Below are positions 61,795-64,000 of a DNA stretch of 64,000 nt, piece by piece. Each line of letters begins with the position of its first letter. Within the stretch, counting starts at the first letter, position 1. The translations under genes and the position numbers were made by a program. This DNA comes from Mustelus asterias. Lineage: Eukaryota. The stretch is from assembly GCF_964213995.1 (NCBI RefSeq), contig NC_135813.1:72912001-72976000 (forward strand). The letters are read 5' to 3'. Under the pieces are notes generated by a model, which did no database searches, was not told where the DNA came from, and saw only the letters and a program-made list of their open reading frames with translations.

Positions 61795-61951
61795 GTAAGA
61801 AGTCTAACAACACCAGGTTAAAGTCCAACAGGTTTATTTGGTAGCAAAAGCCACAATAAATAAAATAAAAATAAACCTGTTGGACTTTAACCTGGTGTTG
61901 TTAGACTTCTTACTGTGTTTATCCCAGTCCAACGCTGGCATCTCCACATCA
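61795..61951 (+). mobile_element. 157-bp fold-back Penelope 3'-end insertion
   Basis: inverted plus direct copies of the 28765-28860 segment; 18-bp TSD TGCCAACAATCATTCTCA (61777-61794, 61952-61969). Confidence 0.9.
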
Positions 61952-61980
61952 TGCCAACAATCATTCTCAAGCATCACACA

Positions 61981-62352
61981 TGAATAATGGTCAAGTAAAT
62001 GGGGTGTTGGAAAGTGACAGTCTGTTGTTGGACTATAGTTAAGAAAATTGGAACACAGCAATTGTTATATGAGATCCAACTAGTTTACCTTCAATCATCC
62101 AGGTAATCTCATGCAAAAACAATAATACCAATGTTGACTAATCGTGACAATCAGTCTCTGTTAGTTAGTGAATAATGGTAGGTAATTGGGGTGTTGGAAA
62201 GTGACAGTCCATTGTTGGATTATAGTTAGGAAAATTGGAACACAGCAATTGTTACTTCAGATCCGACTAGTTTACCTTCAATCATCCAGGTAATCTCATG
62301 CAAAAACAATAATACAGATGTTGACTAATCGTGACAATCAGTCTCTGTTAGT
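61981..62352. repeat. tandem duplication of a ~188-bp unit
   Basis: TGAATAATGGT...CAGTCTCTGTTAGT twice, few mismatches. Confidence 0.9.
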
Positions 62353-62943
62353 CTACTACAGACGCAGATATGAGGTAAGGAAAATCACAATCGTGAAAAC
62401 TTTAAAAAAACATTGATTAAAAGTTAAAGACTCCTGCCTAACATACACTTATGGTATATCATGTGCCTTAAGGAAGGCACCATTATCTTTACAAGAGGAA
62501 AGGAGAAAGTAAAATTGATCTGAATATTGTTTCAAATACGAGATTTTATAAAATGGTTATGTTTTAAACTGCCTCTTCTTAAGGTAAAATAAAACAATGA
62601 AGAGTCATGTAACCTACTATTTGTTTTGCCTAACAACAAGAATGTGTAGCCTGGTTACCAGGGAGATTGGGACCGAGGACAAGTCCTATTGAAATCTATA
62701 TGTCAAGTTTAATACCTGAAAATAAAAGAGAAGTTCTTGCTATTGCAGACTTACTCCCTCAGAGATTTGGAAAAAACACAGTGAGAGTTGTGGATGAGTG
62801 AAGCAAAGAGACATCAGTGACTGTGAGCAATAGGGGAAAAGATATTCTGTTAGCTACCAGGCAGAATGCTTTAAACATAAAAAGATACAACTCCAAATTT
62901 CTAATTGGCCACTTAAGGGTCTCCTTCAGGACACGCCCCCAAT

Positions 62944-63159
62944 TGTTTCCCCTTGTGGGAGAATCTAGGACCAGAGGGCACAATCTCAGAATAATTTCAG
63001 TCAGAGACGAGGAGGAATTTCTTTTCTCAGAGGACACTGAATCTGTGGAATTCTTTACCAGAGGGCTACAGAGGCTGGGTCATTAAATATGTATAAGATT
63101 GAGATAGACAGATTTTTTATCAGCAAGAGAATCAAGAGTTATGGGATGAGGCGAGAGTG
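62944..63159 (+). repeat. local copy of 61262-61478 flanked by a 21-bp duplication
   Basis: about 13 mismatches; CCTTCAGGACAYGCCCCCAAT at 62923-62943 and 63160-63180. Confidence 0.85.
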
Positions 63160-63537
63160 CCTTCAGGACATGCCCCCAATCTTCCTCTCCATTAGATGGA
63201 TTTACAGTTCGTGGGGCCCTGTACTCAGCTTCATTTTTGTACCCCCCCCAAGACCTCCTTTCCAGGATCACCTCTCCCACTGCGATTAAACTGAGCTCTG
63301 CTCAGTGAAGACAACACTTGATAGATGGACGGCACGACTGCTTGAAAAATGTGAGTGAAGCTATTCAGCCAATTGCAGGCTGATTCCTCTCTGCAGTTGC
63401 TGCTGATAGGCTGACATCAGTCAGTGATATCACAATGGGAGGACTGGCAGTGATTTTCATCCAATAAAATAACAGCAATTTACCATTGGAGGGCAGAGTG
63501 GGGCTTGAATCACTTCAAGCTCTGTTTAAATCTCAGT

Positions 63538-63850
63538 CGCACCCCGGACATACTCTCTTCCACCTTCTACCGTCAAGAAAAAGATACAAAAGTCTGAGGA
63601 CACCTACCAACTGACTCAAGAAAAGCTTCTTCCCTGCTGCCATCAGACTTTTGAATGGTCCTATCACACGTTAAACTGATCTTTCTCCTTACCCTACTTA
63701 TAACTGCAACACTATATTCTGCACCCTCTGCTTTCCTTCTCCCCTATGTACTCTATAAATGGTATGTTTTGGCTGTATAGCGCGCAAGAAACGATACTTT
63801 TCACTGTATCCCAATACTTGTGACAATAATAAATCAATTCAATTCAATTC
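63538..63850 (+). mobile_element. Rex1/Babar LINE 3' end
   Basis: homologous to 2380-2665; tail TGTGACAATAATAAAT(CAATT)n. Confidence 0.75.
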
Positions 63851-64000
63851 ATTTCCACCTATGAAAACTAATCCAATCTTCATCTGGCCAATTGAAACTC
63901 ATGCATTTTGCAACCCCCCCCACCTGTTGTTTCGGGACCCTGTGCCACAGCACAATGTGTTACATTGTAAATCCACCACAGCCTCTGCTGGTAAAATGCC

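Overview
Eukaryotic, apparently gene-free window from a cartilaginous fish (shark) genome, inferred from about 18 HE1-type V-SINEs and their partner HER1/CR1 LINEs. I can support no host protein-coding exon. The only real ORFs belong to retroelements. A near-intact full-length CR1 LINE (24309-28568, minus; esterase-type ORF1 plus APE-RT ORF2 with one homopolymer frameshift) sits inside a 5'-truncated Penelope-like element (RT C-terminus, GIY-YIG, 3' minimal hammerhead ribozyme). That element in turn sits inside a non-autonomous DNA transposon. The rest is CR1 and Rex1/Babar fragments, two SINE families, solo LTRs and many PIF/Harbinger-like non-autonomous elements with 3-bp TSDs. Most notable: (i) repeated capture of nearby genomic sequence into the internal hairpins of MITEs; (ii) a hammerhead ribozyme whose predicted cut site matches the end of a fold-back mini-Penelope copy; (iii) a U2 snRNA/CR1 chimera; (iv) an HE1 SINE subfamily with a Rex1-like tail. 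Coordinates of degenerate repeats are approximate, read by eye.
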